Positions 1 through 6,714 of a DNA stretch of 35,424 nt are shown piece by piece. Position 1 is the first letter of the stretch; the number at the start of each line of letters is the position of its first letter. Under the pieces are notes generated by a model. That model saw only the letters and a list, made by a program, of their open reading frames with translations, did not search any database and had not been told where the DNA came from. The position numbers and the translations under genes were made by a program. This DNA is from a virus. The DNA is taken from IMG/VR virus record IMGVR_UViG_3300014039_000010, positions 1-35,424 of that record, one strand, 5' to 3'.

Positions 1-135
1 CTTTGTACAAAGAATAATCTCGATAGCCCAGTCACGAAAACAGCAAGTCAGACGATGAAGATCACGTATACGCTGTCCGTCGCAGAAGATGCAGACGCAA
101 GCGATCCAAGCGATACGACAGGAAGTGAGGGATAA
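1..135 (+). CDS. 3' end of the distal tail / receptor-binding-module protein that starts at 33955; it wraps through the circular junction
   Basis: Bases 1-78 equal 35347-35424. The 33955 frame continues in phase from base 1 and stops at TAA 133-135. Confidence 0.75.
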   Translation, partial: LCTKNNLDSPVTKTASQTMKITYTLSVAEDADASDPSDTTGSEG

Positions 136-136
136 T

Positions 137-361
137 ATGCAGAGTGAGATTTTGATTGCAGGAATATCCTTCCTCGGTACTTGCGTCGGAAGTTGGGGCG
201 GTCTGAAGCTTATGTCGTATCGCATTGAGCAATTAGAGAAAAAGGTCGAGAAGCATAATAACTTTGCAGGTCGTATGCCGGTAGTTGAGAATGAAGTGCA
301 GGATATAAAACAGGACATATCAGACATTAAAGCGGATATCAAAGAGTTAAAGAAAGGGTGA
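137..361 (+). CDS. Small membrane-anchored coiled-coil protein (N-terminal TM, then a DIKQDISDIKADIKELK coiled coil). Probably a holin-associated, XhlA-like accessory protein.
   Basis: ATG 137 follows the RBS GAGGGA (127-132). The hydrophobic stretch is ILIAGISFLGTCVGSWGGL. The gene sits directly upstream of the holin. The track start at 89 overlaps the tail gene and has no RBS. Confidence 0.6.
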   Translation: MQSEILIAGISFLGTCVGSWGGLKLMSYRIEQLEKKVEKHNNFAGRMPVVENEVQDIKQDISDIKADIKELKKG

Positions 362-365
362 GTGC

Positions 366-554
366 ATGAGTAAAAAGTGGTTGAAGGCAGCAGGAATCCG
401 TGCAGTCAAGACGATGGCGCAGACCGCCGTGTCAATGCTCACGGTAGGGCAGGCGGTGCTTGATGTGAACTGGGTGAACGTGCTTAGTGTGTCGGTTACG
501 GCGGGGATTATCTCGATGCTGACAAGCGTTGCAGGACTTCCAGAAGTGGAGTAG
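366..554 (+). CDS. Phage holin (small, 2-TM type, ending LPEVE)
   Basis: 62 aa. The pattern KWLKAAGIRAVKTMAQTAV...VNW...AGIISMLTSVAGLPE is typical of Firmicutes phage holins, and the gene sits at the end of the tail module. Confidence 0.75.
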   Translation: MSKKWLKAAGIRAVKTMAQTAVSMLTVGQAVLDVNWVNVLSVSVTAGIISMLTSVAGLPEVE

Positions 555-555
555 T

Positions 556-593
556 GGTTATTTGATAGTGCCAAGTGGTAGTGACAAGTAACC
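556..593. other. Candidate attP core: an imperfect 19+19 bp inverted repeat
   Basis: GGTTATTTGATAGTGCCAA / GTGGTAGTGACAAGTAACC match at 13 of 19 symmetric positions. The site lies in the 70-bp gap between the holin and the 3' end of the serine integrase. Confidence 0.3.
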
Positions 594-601
594 ATAACAA
601 A

Positions 602-625
602 AGAGGGCGCAATGCCCTCTTTTTT
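602..625. terminator. Bidirectional rho-independent terminator between the convergent holin and integrase genes
   Basis: Stem AGAGGGC (602-608) pairs with GCCCTCT (614-620), with a T-run after it and an A-run before it. Confidence 0.7.
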
Positions 626-1964
626 ATTTGAAGTGTATCGTTATGTCATTGCGGTTATTACCTACTTCGATATAGTCAATTATTGACTGCCACAAGTACC
701 TTTTTTCTGTGTCCTTTAGTGTGTGATATATACTTTCAAAGTCCATCGCTAGAACCGAATCTATACTATCCAAGTCGATGCTACTATCTTGCGTTTGGGC
801 TTCGAGTTCTGCTATCATGTCGTTCAAACGCACGTATTCGGCTTTGTAGGCACTTTTGTCTATCAAGTCGTCCAGATATAGGTCTTTTAGTTTTTCGAGC
901 TTATTTCGGCATTTTACGAGCTTACAAGCTATATCTTGCTTGTCTGTCTGCTTCTGCTTGACTTCGTACTCGACCTTGTATCGTTCGAGTTCGGGCTTGA
1001 TGTGCGCAAGCAGATATTTTTCTAATATGCCTGCTTCCGGGAGCGCATAGGTGTTTGTACATACTTTTTCTTTTACGGCTTTTTCGCATCTGTATAGCTT
1101 GTAATATCTGCCGCTTCTCATCCTTGCATTGCCACGAAGTGATCTGCCGCAGTATTTGCAACGTAACAACCCACTGAATATATAATCTATACCCGTGTTG
1201 TATTCGCGCTTGTTCATGCTTAAAAGCCTTTGTACGTTATTAAATTGTTCCGTGCTTATAATTGCAGGGCAATAGTCTTTTATGCCCTTAAATTCGCCTA
1301 TATAACGTTCGCATGATAGCCTACGCCTTATAAGTCCATAATTTACATATTCGTATTTTTCAGTTATATATTTCTTTGTTTTTGACACATTGTTGCATCG
1401 TTCGTAGTAATCAAACATGTCCTTTATTTCTGCCGCCGCTTTTTCGTCAATTACAAGCTTTTTATCCTTTATTATGTAGCCATGCGGAGCGGATGCGTTA
1501 CATACTTCGCCATTTTCTTTTTTGTGCTTAAATACGGCTTTGATACGTTCGCTTGTACGGTCGCATTCGTCTTGATTGACTGATAGCATGATGTTTATAT
1601 GCAGTCTGCCAGAGGCGGTGCTTGTGTCGTAGTCCTCTAATACTGTTTTCCAGTTACAATTATGTGCTTCGAGTATATCTTGCACGGCATAGTAATCTTT
1701 TATATTTCTGAACCATCTGTCTAATTTTGTCACAAGTATTAAGTCTATTTTGTCGTTTTGAACGTCTTTTAATAGCCTTTGCAAGTCTTTTCTGTTTGAT
1801 AGTTTTTTTCTTGCCGTGATCCCTTCGTCGGCATATGTATCTATAATCGTGTATCCTTTTGCTTTGGCATACTCTTTTAGAGTTGCTTCCTGTGCTTCTA
1901 GTGACAAGCCATGCAGAACCTGTTCGTCATGGCTCACACGGATATACAACGCCGCCCTAATCAT
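624..1964 (-). CDS. int: Large serine recombinase (phage integrase)
   Basis: 446 aa. N-terminal resolvase motif AALYIRVSHDEQ...GLSLEAQ, then a recombinase domain, a Cys-rich zinc ribbon (CKYCGRSL...YRCEK) and a C-terminal coiled coil. Confidence 0.95.
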   Translation of the reverse strand: MIRAALYIRVSHDEQVLHGLSLEAQEATLKEYAKAKGYTIIDTYADEGITARKKLSNRKDLQRLLKDVQNDKIDLILVTKLDRWFRNIKDYYAVQDILEAHNCNWKTVLEDYDTSTASGRLHINIMLSVNQDECDRTSERIKAVFKHKKENGEVCNASAPHGYIIKDKKLVIDEKAAAEIKDMFDYYERCNNVSKTKKYITEKYEYVNYGLIRRRLSCERYIGEFKGIKDYCPAIISTEQFNNVQRLLSMNKREYNTGIDYIFSGLLRCKYCGRSLRGNARMRSGRYYKLYRCEKAVKEKVCTNTYALPEAGILEKYLLAHIKPELERYKVEYEVKQKQTDKQDIACKLVKCRNKLEKLKDLYLDDLIDKSAYKAEYVRLNDMIAELEAQTQDSSIDLDSIDSVLAMDFESIYHTLKDTEKRYLWQSIIDYIEVGNNRNDITIHFK

Positions 1965-2427
1965 TGTTTTCTGCCTTCTTTATGCGGTCGTATTGCTCAA
2001 TTTCGCTTGATGTAAGGGCGTAGCTGCTATGTATGTATTCTAATAGGTCTAATATCAAATCCTTTTCTATCTTCTTTATATCAAGGTCTTTTATTGTTTG
2101 TGCGATTTCGTCAAATGTCTCATAAATATGTACTTTTGCCTTAATGCGTTTTATCATAAATACCTTTTCCGCGTCCGACATTTTACTTCTTGTCTTTACA
2201 AGTTTTAGGTCTATCCCTGTGTTATTATCCGCCTGCATCAATTCGCTTGTAGGCACGTCTAGCCACTCGCTTATACGTTGTACCTTGTCAATCGGAGGCT
2301 GGATGTTTCCTTTTTCATAATCTGCATATGTAGTACGTGCTATCCCTATACGTTGTGCCGCTTCAAATTGTGTTAAGCCTTGTCTTTTTCTGTGTTCTTT
2401 CAGTAGTTCATAATTAAATAAATTCAT
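1957..2427 (-). CDS. CI-like XRE-family HTH repressor
   Basis: 156 aa. N-terminal HTH_3 (RKRQGLTQFEAAQRIGIARTTYADYEKGNIQPP). Divergent from the early genes and overlaps int by 8 nt, so probably one operon. Confidence 0.85.
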   Translation of the reverse strand: MNLFNYELLKEHRKRQGLTQFEAAQRIGIARTTYADYEKGNIQPPIDKVQRISEWLDVPTSELMQADNNTGIDLKLVKTRSKMSDAEKVFMIKRIKAKVHIYETFDEIAQTIKDLDIKKIEKDLILDLLEYIHSSYALTSSEIEQYDRIKKAENND

Positions 2428-2460
2428 TTTTCTTCACTTCCTTTTGGTTATTCTGTCTAT

Positions 2461-2567
2461 ATTATACGCTAAAAACGTAATTTATAAACACTTTTTTTGT
2501 GCAAAACTTACAAAGTTGTGAAATTCGTTAAAAACGTATTGCAATTACGCTTGCAACGTAGTATTAT
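2461..2567. promoter_or_regulatory. Immunity-region switch with three copies of the TACGYT-N3-AACGTA operator, a rightward early promoter and a leftward repressor promoter
   Basis: Operators at 2465-2479, 2524-2538 and 2546-2560. Rightward promoter: -35 TTGCAA 2539-2544, 17-nt spacer holding the third operator, -10 TATTAT 2562-2567. Leftward -10 TATAAT is the reverse complement of 2461-2466. Confidence 0.6.
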
Positions 2568-2618
2568 AATTACAGAAGTTAAGGAAAGGAGCTACAAAGG
2601 TAGCAAAGGTAAAAAGAT

Positions 2619-2786
2619 ATGAGAGAATATGAAGTATTTTACAGAACAAGAGGAAACAAGGATGCAAACGTAACAAGCACAACAATAACTTGCAACAGCA
2701 AGGCGGAAGCAAGAAAAAACTTTGAAGAGTGGGATAACACAGGCAAAGAGTGGACGATCGTAAAGATTGAAAGAGTAGACGCATAG
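2619..2786 (+). CDS. Hypothetical small early protein (55 aa)
   Basis: ATG 2619 after the leader ..aaaggtaaaaagat. The ORF is below the track cutoff. It is the first gene after the early promoter. Confidence 0.5.
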   Translation: MREYEVFYRTRGNKDANVTSTTITCNSKAEARKNFEEWDNTGKEWTIVKIERVDA

Positions 2787-2839
2787 AGACAGAATCCGAG
2801 CGGTGGCGGATATGCCACCGCAGAAAGTGAGGCGTAGAT

Positions 2840-3133
2840 ATGATAGTGACTTATTTGTTGCCTACCGTGTGGGCTGGCAAAGTGCCGATTGAGTATAGGA
2901 TCGTAGAGAGAAAGAGAGACATGCGGACGAGATTTTGCAAGAATAACGAGTTTTTCAAAATCGACAAAGGATGGCTGGAGCACATGTTTAAATTCTATGA
3001 GGGCGGGCTTATGATTAAAGGTGACAGAATCCTTATGGCAAATAGCAGGGATGCATCAATGTTTTTCAACGACGTGTATAGATTATTCGATATCGCAAGG
3101 ATGCTGCAAGCAAAAAGTGCGGGGGTGATATAG
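2840..3133 (+). CDS. Hypothetical early protein (97 aa)
   Basis: ORF with RBS GTGAGG (2827-2832) upstream of ATG 2840. Confidence 0.55.
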   Translation: MIVTYLLPTVWAGKVPIEYRIVERKRDMRTRFCKNNEFFKIDKGWLEHMFKFYEGGLMIKGDRILMANSRDASMFFNDVYRLFDIARMLQAKSAGVI

Positions 3134-3288
3134 TGGATGAAATGTATATCGTTAAAGCTTTAAATTTGGATATATATATGCTTATTGACGAAGAATCGTG
3201 CAACGTGCTATGCACAGGCACATATCAAGAATGTGAGGACATGAAAGAGAGATTGATAAGTGCACAGGAAGCAAGCATAAGAGGGTAG
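3133..3288 (+). CDS. Hypothetical small early protein (about 51 aa)
   Basis: GTG 3133 (or ATG 3142) follows the RBS GGGGGTG. It is tightly packed with its neighbours. Confidence 0.4.
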   Translation: MDEMYIVKALNLDIYMLIDEESCNVLCTGTYQECEDMKERLISAQEASIRG

Positions 3289-3296
3289 GTGATTGT

Positions 3297-3473
3297 ATGG
3301 GATATATTATCGTAGGAGATAAGGACGGTGTCAGCGGCTACGTTATAGATTGCGGATTTTATACGCGTGAAGATGCAGAGCGCAGACTGGGACAGATTAT
3401 GGAGTGCCGGTCGTTACCGGATGAGATAATCAATATTGAGTATGACGATATCCGCATAGAAAGAGAGGATTGA
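3297..3473 (+). CDS. Hypothetical small early protein (58 aa), paralog of 3478..3687
   Basis: MGYIIVGDKDG..CGFYTREDAERRLGQIM aligns by eye with MEYVIVGDSEK..CGFKERERAERVLNRML of the next ORF. Confidence 0.55.
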   Translation: MGYIIVGDKDGVSGYVIDCGFYTREDAERRLGQIMECRSLPDEIINIEYDDIRIERED

Positions 3474-3477
3474 TAAG

Positions 3478-3687
3478 ATGGAATATGTTATCGTTGGCGA
3501 TTCAGAGAAGTACAAAGAATGCCTTTTATGCTGTGGATTTAAAGAAAGGGAACGGGCGGAGCGAGTGCTTAATCGGATGCTTAACAATCCGACGCGGGAT
3601 GACGAGCAGATCATGCATGGCATGAGCAATATTCGTGTGCAGGAAGTGGCAAGCGCGGATTGCTGGTGGAATGATAAGTACGATTAG
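3478..3687 (+). CDS. Hypothetical small early protein (69 aa), paralog of 3297..3473
   Basis: Track ORF with the shared N-terminal motif described for 3297..3473. Confidence 0.6.
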   Translation: MEYVIVGDSEKYKECLLCCGFKERERAERVLNRMLNNPTRDDEQIMHGMSNIRVQEVASADCWWNDKYD

Positions 3688-3701
3688 AAGGGAGTTTGCA
3701 T

Positions 3702-3908
3702 ATGGGTTTATCTGCACCATGCAAGGATTGTGGTAACCGGGTTGTTGGTTGTCATTCTACTTGCGACAAATACAGAATGTTTGCGGAAGAGCGTAAAGAG
3801 TATGTGCGAAAAGTAAAAGCTTGCAGGCGTAAAGATAGAGAGTACATGGAAGCAAGGCAGGCAAGTATCTATAAGTCGTTACGGAATGCCGGAAAGAAAG
3901 TGACGTAA
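3702..3908 (+). CDS. Small Cys-rich basic protein (CxxC...CxxxC)
   Basis: ATG 3702 lies 7 nt after the RBS GAAGGGAG. The sequence CKDCGNRVVGCHSTCDKY suggests a zinc-binding knuckle. Confidence 0.55.
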   Translation: MGLSAPCKDCGNRVVGCHSTCDKYRMFAEERKEYVRKVKACRRKDREYMEARQASIYKSLRNAGKKVT

Positions 3909-3913
3909 AAAAA

Positions 3914-3965
3914 TACGTTAAAACCGTAAAAAGTTGTTGACATTACGCTAATAACGTAGTAATAT
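3914..3965 (+). promoter_or_regulatory. Second early promoter with two operator copies
   Basis: Operators at 3914-3928 (TACGTTaaaACCGTA) and 3944-3958 (TACGCTaatAACGTA). -35 TTGACA 3937-3942, 17-nt spacer, -10 TAATAT 3960-3965. Geometry is the same as at 2539-2567. Confidence 0.6.
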
Positions 3966-3997
3966 GTCAATATAGCCGGAAGAAAGGGGGCGAAAAC

Positions 3998-4177
3998 TTG
4001 AATATAAGGGAAAAACGTGAGGAATTAGGCATGAGCCAGAAAGAGCTTGCAGAAAAAAGCGGAATCACGCAAAGCTTCTTATGCGACATTGAGCAAGGCA
4101 GAAGCAAGCCGAGTATTGACGTGGCAATTAAGCTTGCAAAGGTTCTGAAAGTTAAGGATATCAAGTTCTTTGAGTAA
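3998..4177 (+). CDS. Cro-like small XRE HTH protein (59 aa, TTG start)
   Basis: Not in the track because it is under 60 aa. RBS AAGAAAGGGGG lies 7 nt before TTG 3998. The HTH_3 is complete only from this start: IREKREELGMSQKELAEKSGITQSFLCDIEQGRSKPSIDVAIKLAKVL. Confidence 0.7.
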   Translation: MNIREKREELGMSQKELAEKSGITQSFLCDIEQGRSKPSIDVAIKLAKVLKVKDIKFFE

Positions 4178-4267
4178 TGAACGTGCAGGCTTTATATGAG
4201 GCACTTGCAAAGGTGCTGGAAGCAAGGGAGAATGCAATCATTAAAGTGAAAGTGGAGGTAAAAGAAG

Positions 4268-4549
4268 ATGAAGAGGACGGTTGAGGTTGAATATGTTGGT
4301 ATAAAGGATTTGACAGATATTATGTGCACCGCTAAAAGTGTAATGGAGCTTGGGCATTATGTAGCTATCAGTTTTTCAAACTATGAAAGGACTAACCCAC
4401 TTGTGAGCGTGATAATCCGTAGGAAAGACGTTGCAGAAGAGTATGATTTTTGCTTTTACGAAAGTAGCGACTGGAACGATGAATATTCGATTCAGCAGAT
4501 GAATGAATGCAAGAGTATACTTTACAATATATTAGCACAGGAGGACTAA
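4268..4549 (+). CDS. Hypothetical protein (93 aa)
   Basis: Track ORF in the operon, with an RBS-like GGAGGTAAAAGAAG upstream. Confidence 0.55.
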   Translation: MKRTVEVEYVGIKDLTDIMCTAKSVMELGHYVAISFSNYERTNPLVSVIIRRKDVAEEYDFCFYESSDWNDEYSIQQMNECKSILYNILAQED

Positions 4550-4553
4550 ATCT

Positions 4554-5027
4554 ATGAAGTTATATGAAATCGACAATGCAATTTATGAATGCGTGAACGA
4601 GGACGGAGAGGTCATTGATCCGGAGAAGCTGGAAGAGCTTCAGATGGAACGTGACAAGAAGATTGAAGGTATAGCTTGCTGGATAAAAGAGCTTGCAGCA
4701 GAAGCAAATGCAATCAAGGAAGAAAAGTTGAAACTTGAGGCAAGACAGAAGGTTGCAGAAAACAAGGTGAAAAGCCTTAAAGGTTATCTTGCATATGCAC
4801 TGCAAGGGGCAAGCTTCCACACCGCAAAGGCATCTATATCATTCAGAAAGACGGAGGCTGTTGAGGTCACGCCGGACGGGTTGGAAAACTTAAAAGCTAT
4901 GCGTGATGATCTGCTTAAATACAAAGAGCCAGAACCGGACAAGACGGCAATTAAACAGGCACTTAAATCCGGTTTAAACGTAAGAGGTGTACAGCTTGTA
5001 CAGAATACGTCGACGATCATTAAATAG
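4554..5027 (+). CDS. Siphovirus Gp157-like protein (recombination-module accessory)
   Basis: 157 aa. MKLYEI...IDPE..L..L..E...KIE..A..IK.L..E..AIK.E...L is characteristic of the Gp157 family, and the gene sits upstream of a Sak4-like ATPase. Confidence 0.65.
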   Translation: MKLYEIDNAIYECVNEDGEVIDPEKLEELQMERDKKIEGIACWIKELAAEANAIKEEKLKLEARQKVAENKVKSLKGYLAYALQGASFHTAKASISFRKTEAVEVTPDGLENLKAMRDDLLKYKEPEPDKTAIKQALKSGLNVRGVQLVQNTSTIIK

Positions 5028-5038
5028 GGGGTGAGTAC

Positions 5039-5209
5039 ATGACGAACATGTGCGTATTTAGCAGAAGAAAAGGCATGAACGGTTGTTCAGCACTTACACG
5101 TAAGCAGTGCGAATTTGCGGGTGCAGACGAGTGCGAGTGTAGTTTTTTCAAAGATAAAGAGGACTACAAGTTGACAGTAGAAGGATATATCGAAAGAAAG
5201 GAGGATTGA
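5039..5209 (+). CDS. Small Cys-rich hypothetical protein (56 aa)
   Basis: ATG 5039 follows the RBS GGGGGTGAG. Below the track cutoff. Confidence 0.4.
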   Translation: MTNMCVFSRRKGMNGCSALTRKQCEFAGADECECSFFKDKEDYKLTVEGYIERKED

Positions 5210-5211
5210 TT

Positions 5212-5847
5212 ATGGGATTGCCAGTATTGATTGAGGGTGAGAGCGGAAGCGGAAAGACGTACAGTATCAAAGGTCTTGACGTCGACAAAGTAGGAGTTTT
5301 TGCAGTAGAAAAGGCGTTGTTGCCGTTTAGAAACAAGGGATTCAAAGTCGCAAAAAACGCTACATATCAGATGATCATGCAGGCGTTAAAGAATCCGCAG
5401 TTGAAGTGCTACGTAATCGACGACAGTCAGTATTTGATGGTGAATGAGTTTTTCGACCGTGCAAAAGATACCGGGTATCAGAAGTATACGGACATTGGCT
5501 TGCACTTTAGAAACCTTATTCACCATATCAACCAGAACATACCGGATGACGTGATTGTGTACTTCCTGCATCATACAGAGCTTGACAGTAACACAGGCAA
5601 GACAAAGGCAAAGACAGTCGGCAAGATGCTTGATAACTACTTGACGTTGGAAGGCTGCTTTAATATCGTGTTGCAGGCGGTAGCAGAGGGTAAAGATCAC
5701 TACTTTATCACGCAGAGTGACGGAAGCAACACGGCAAAGAGCCCGGAAGAGATGTTTGCCGCTAAGATTGCAAATGACTTAGCGTATGTAGACAAGACGA
5801 TTCGTGAGTATTACGGATTCGAGAGCAAAGAAAGCGAGGATAAATAA
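5212..5847 (+). CDS. Sak4-like AAA/RecA-type ATPase (single-strand annealing / recombination)
   Basis: Walker A GESGSGKT near the N terminus, Walker B-like CYVIDD, about 210 aa, and the Gp157 to ATPase to SSB-like gene order. Confidence 0.7.
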   Translation: MGLPVLIEGESGSGKTYSIKGLDVDKVGVFAVEKALLPFRNKGFKVAKNATYQMIMQALKNPQLKCYVIDDSQYLMVNEFFDRAKDTGYQKYTDIGLHFRNLIHHINQNIPDDVIVYFLHHTELDSNTGKTKAKTVGKMLDNYLTLEGCFNIVLQAVAEGKDHYFITQSDGSNTAKSPEEMFAAKIANDLAYVDKTIREYYGFESKESEDK

Positions 5848-5850
5848 ACT

Positions 5851-6024
5851 ATGGAATATATCAAACAGTTAATCAAAAAAAAAATAAAATTGTGTTTGAG
5901 CGGAATTACAAATACGTCAAATAGTGAAAGCGACGTGAACGAAGCGGAGGCGGTAAAATGTTTGGCACTCGCTTTAACATACGTCGATGGTATAGAAGAA
6001 AGCGAGGACAACAAAAATGAGTGA
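5851..6024 (+). CDS. Hypothetical small protein (57 aa)
   Basis: ATG 5851 follows the GAGGA RBS embedded in the end of the preceding gene. Confidence 0.35.
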   Translation: MEYIKQLIKKKIKLCLSGITNTSNSESDVNEAEAVKCLALALTYVDGIEESEDNKNE

Positions 6025-6128
6025 TGCAGTAATTATAACGATATGCGTATGCGTAACGTTGGTTTTAATCACGGCGATTTCAAACAAAAAAAATAACAAC
6101 AAAAACAAAGAAAGTGAGGATAAATAAT

Positions 6129-6704
6129 ATGATGAATTTCAGCAAACCACAGGGATATGACGAGGTACAGGCAGGTAAAGAGTTCACACCGATTGAGTTA
6201 GGCGGTCACAAGTTGATTATCAAGGCACTTGAGGAATGTAAGGCAAGCAACGGCAACACGTATTTGAAGGTAAGCTTCGATACGGCATCGGACGACAAGC
6301 AGCCGAACTACTACGCCGACGCATGGAAGAATGACACAAGAGATCAGAAGAAATGGGGCGGCGTTGCAATGGTCTTTCCGACCGATAAGAACGGCAAGAC
6401 AAGCAAGACATTTAAGCAGTTCTGCACGAGTATTGAGAGAAGCAATAACTCGCAGATTCAGTGGGGCGCAGGCTTTGAGGCTTCAATCGTAGGTAAGAAA
6501 ATCGGCGGTATCTTTGGTGAAGAGGAATACATGAACAGCAACGGCGATATCAAGGTTGCACACAAGCTTTTCTGGTGGGGGAGCGTTGATAACATGGACG
6601 ATGCAAGAATCCCTGCAAAGAGAGAGCTTGACAAGGATAGCGTAGGCAATGCTGGATTCGTTGATGTATCGAGCATGAGCGTTGATGATCTTCCATTCAA
6701 ATAG
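6129..6704 (+). CDS. Non-canonical ssDNA-binding-like protein with an SSB-type acidic tip (possibly DUF669-like)
   Basis: The C terminus ...SVDDLPFK resembles the bacterial SSB tail D-D-D-(I/L)-P-F. It sits next to the Sak4-like ATPase. No canonical SSB N terminus is visible. Confidence 0.5.
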   Translation: MMNFSKPQGYDEVQAGKEFTPIELGGHKLIIKALEECKASNGNTYLKVSFDTASDDKQPNYYADAWKNDTRDQKKWGGVAMVFPTDKNGKTSKTFKQFCTSIERSNNSQIQWGAGFEASIVGKKIGGIFGEEEYMNSNGDIKVAHKLFWWGSVDNMDDARIPAKRELDKDSVGNAGFVDVSSMSVDDLPFK

Positions 6705-6714
6705 GAGTTAATGC

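Noticed and set aside
89-361. The track start at ATG 89 for the first small ORF
   Set aside because: It would overlap the last 47 nt of the wrapping tail gene and has no RBS. ATG 137 follows a GAGGGA RBS that sits in the identical AGTGAGGGATAATATG context seen at 13008-13023.
2800-2821. The GC-rich hairpin GCGGTGGC-ggatat-GCCACCGC as an intrinsic terminator
   Set aside because: It has no downstream U-tract, and an RBS and ATG follow 18 nt later. It is treated instead as part of the conserved leader and inter-cistronic RNA element.
4177-4284. A 35-codon ORF (MNVQALYEALAKVLEARENAIIKVKVEVKEDEEDG) overlapping the Cro-like stop
   Set aside because: It is plausibly translationally coupled (TAATG), but it is very short, overlaps the start of the 4268 gene, and has no other support. 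It is left uncalled.
5827-6127. Duplicated 21-nt segment: caaagaaagcgaggataaataa at about 5826-5847 and caaagaaagtgaggataaataa at about 6106-6127. It gives two proteins the same KESEDK C terminus.
   Set aside because: It is real, but it is most simply a duplicated stop-plus-RBS junction from module shuffling. It is too short to suggest a function. The 36-codon ORF at 6017-6127 that it terminates is not well supported.
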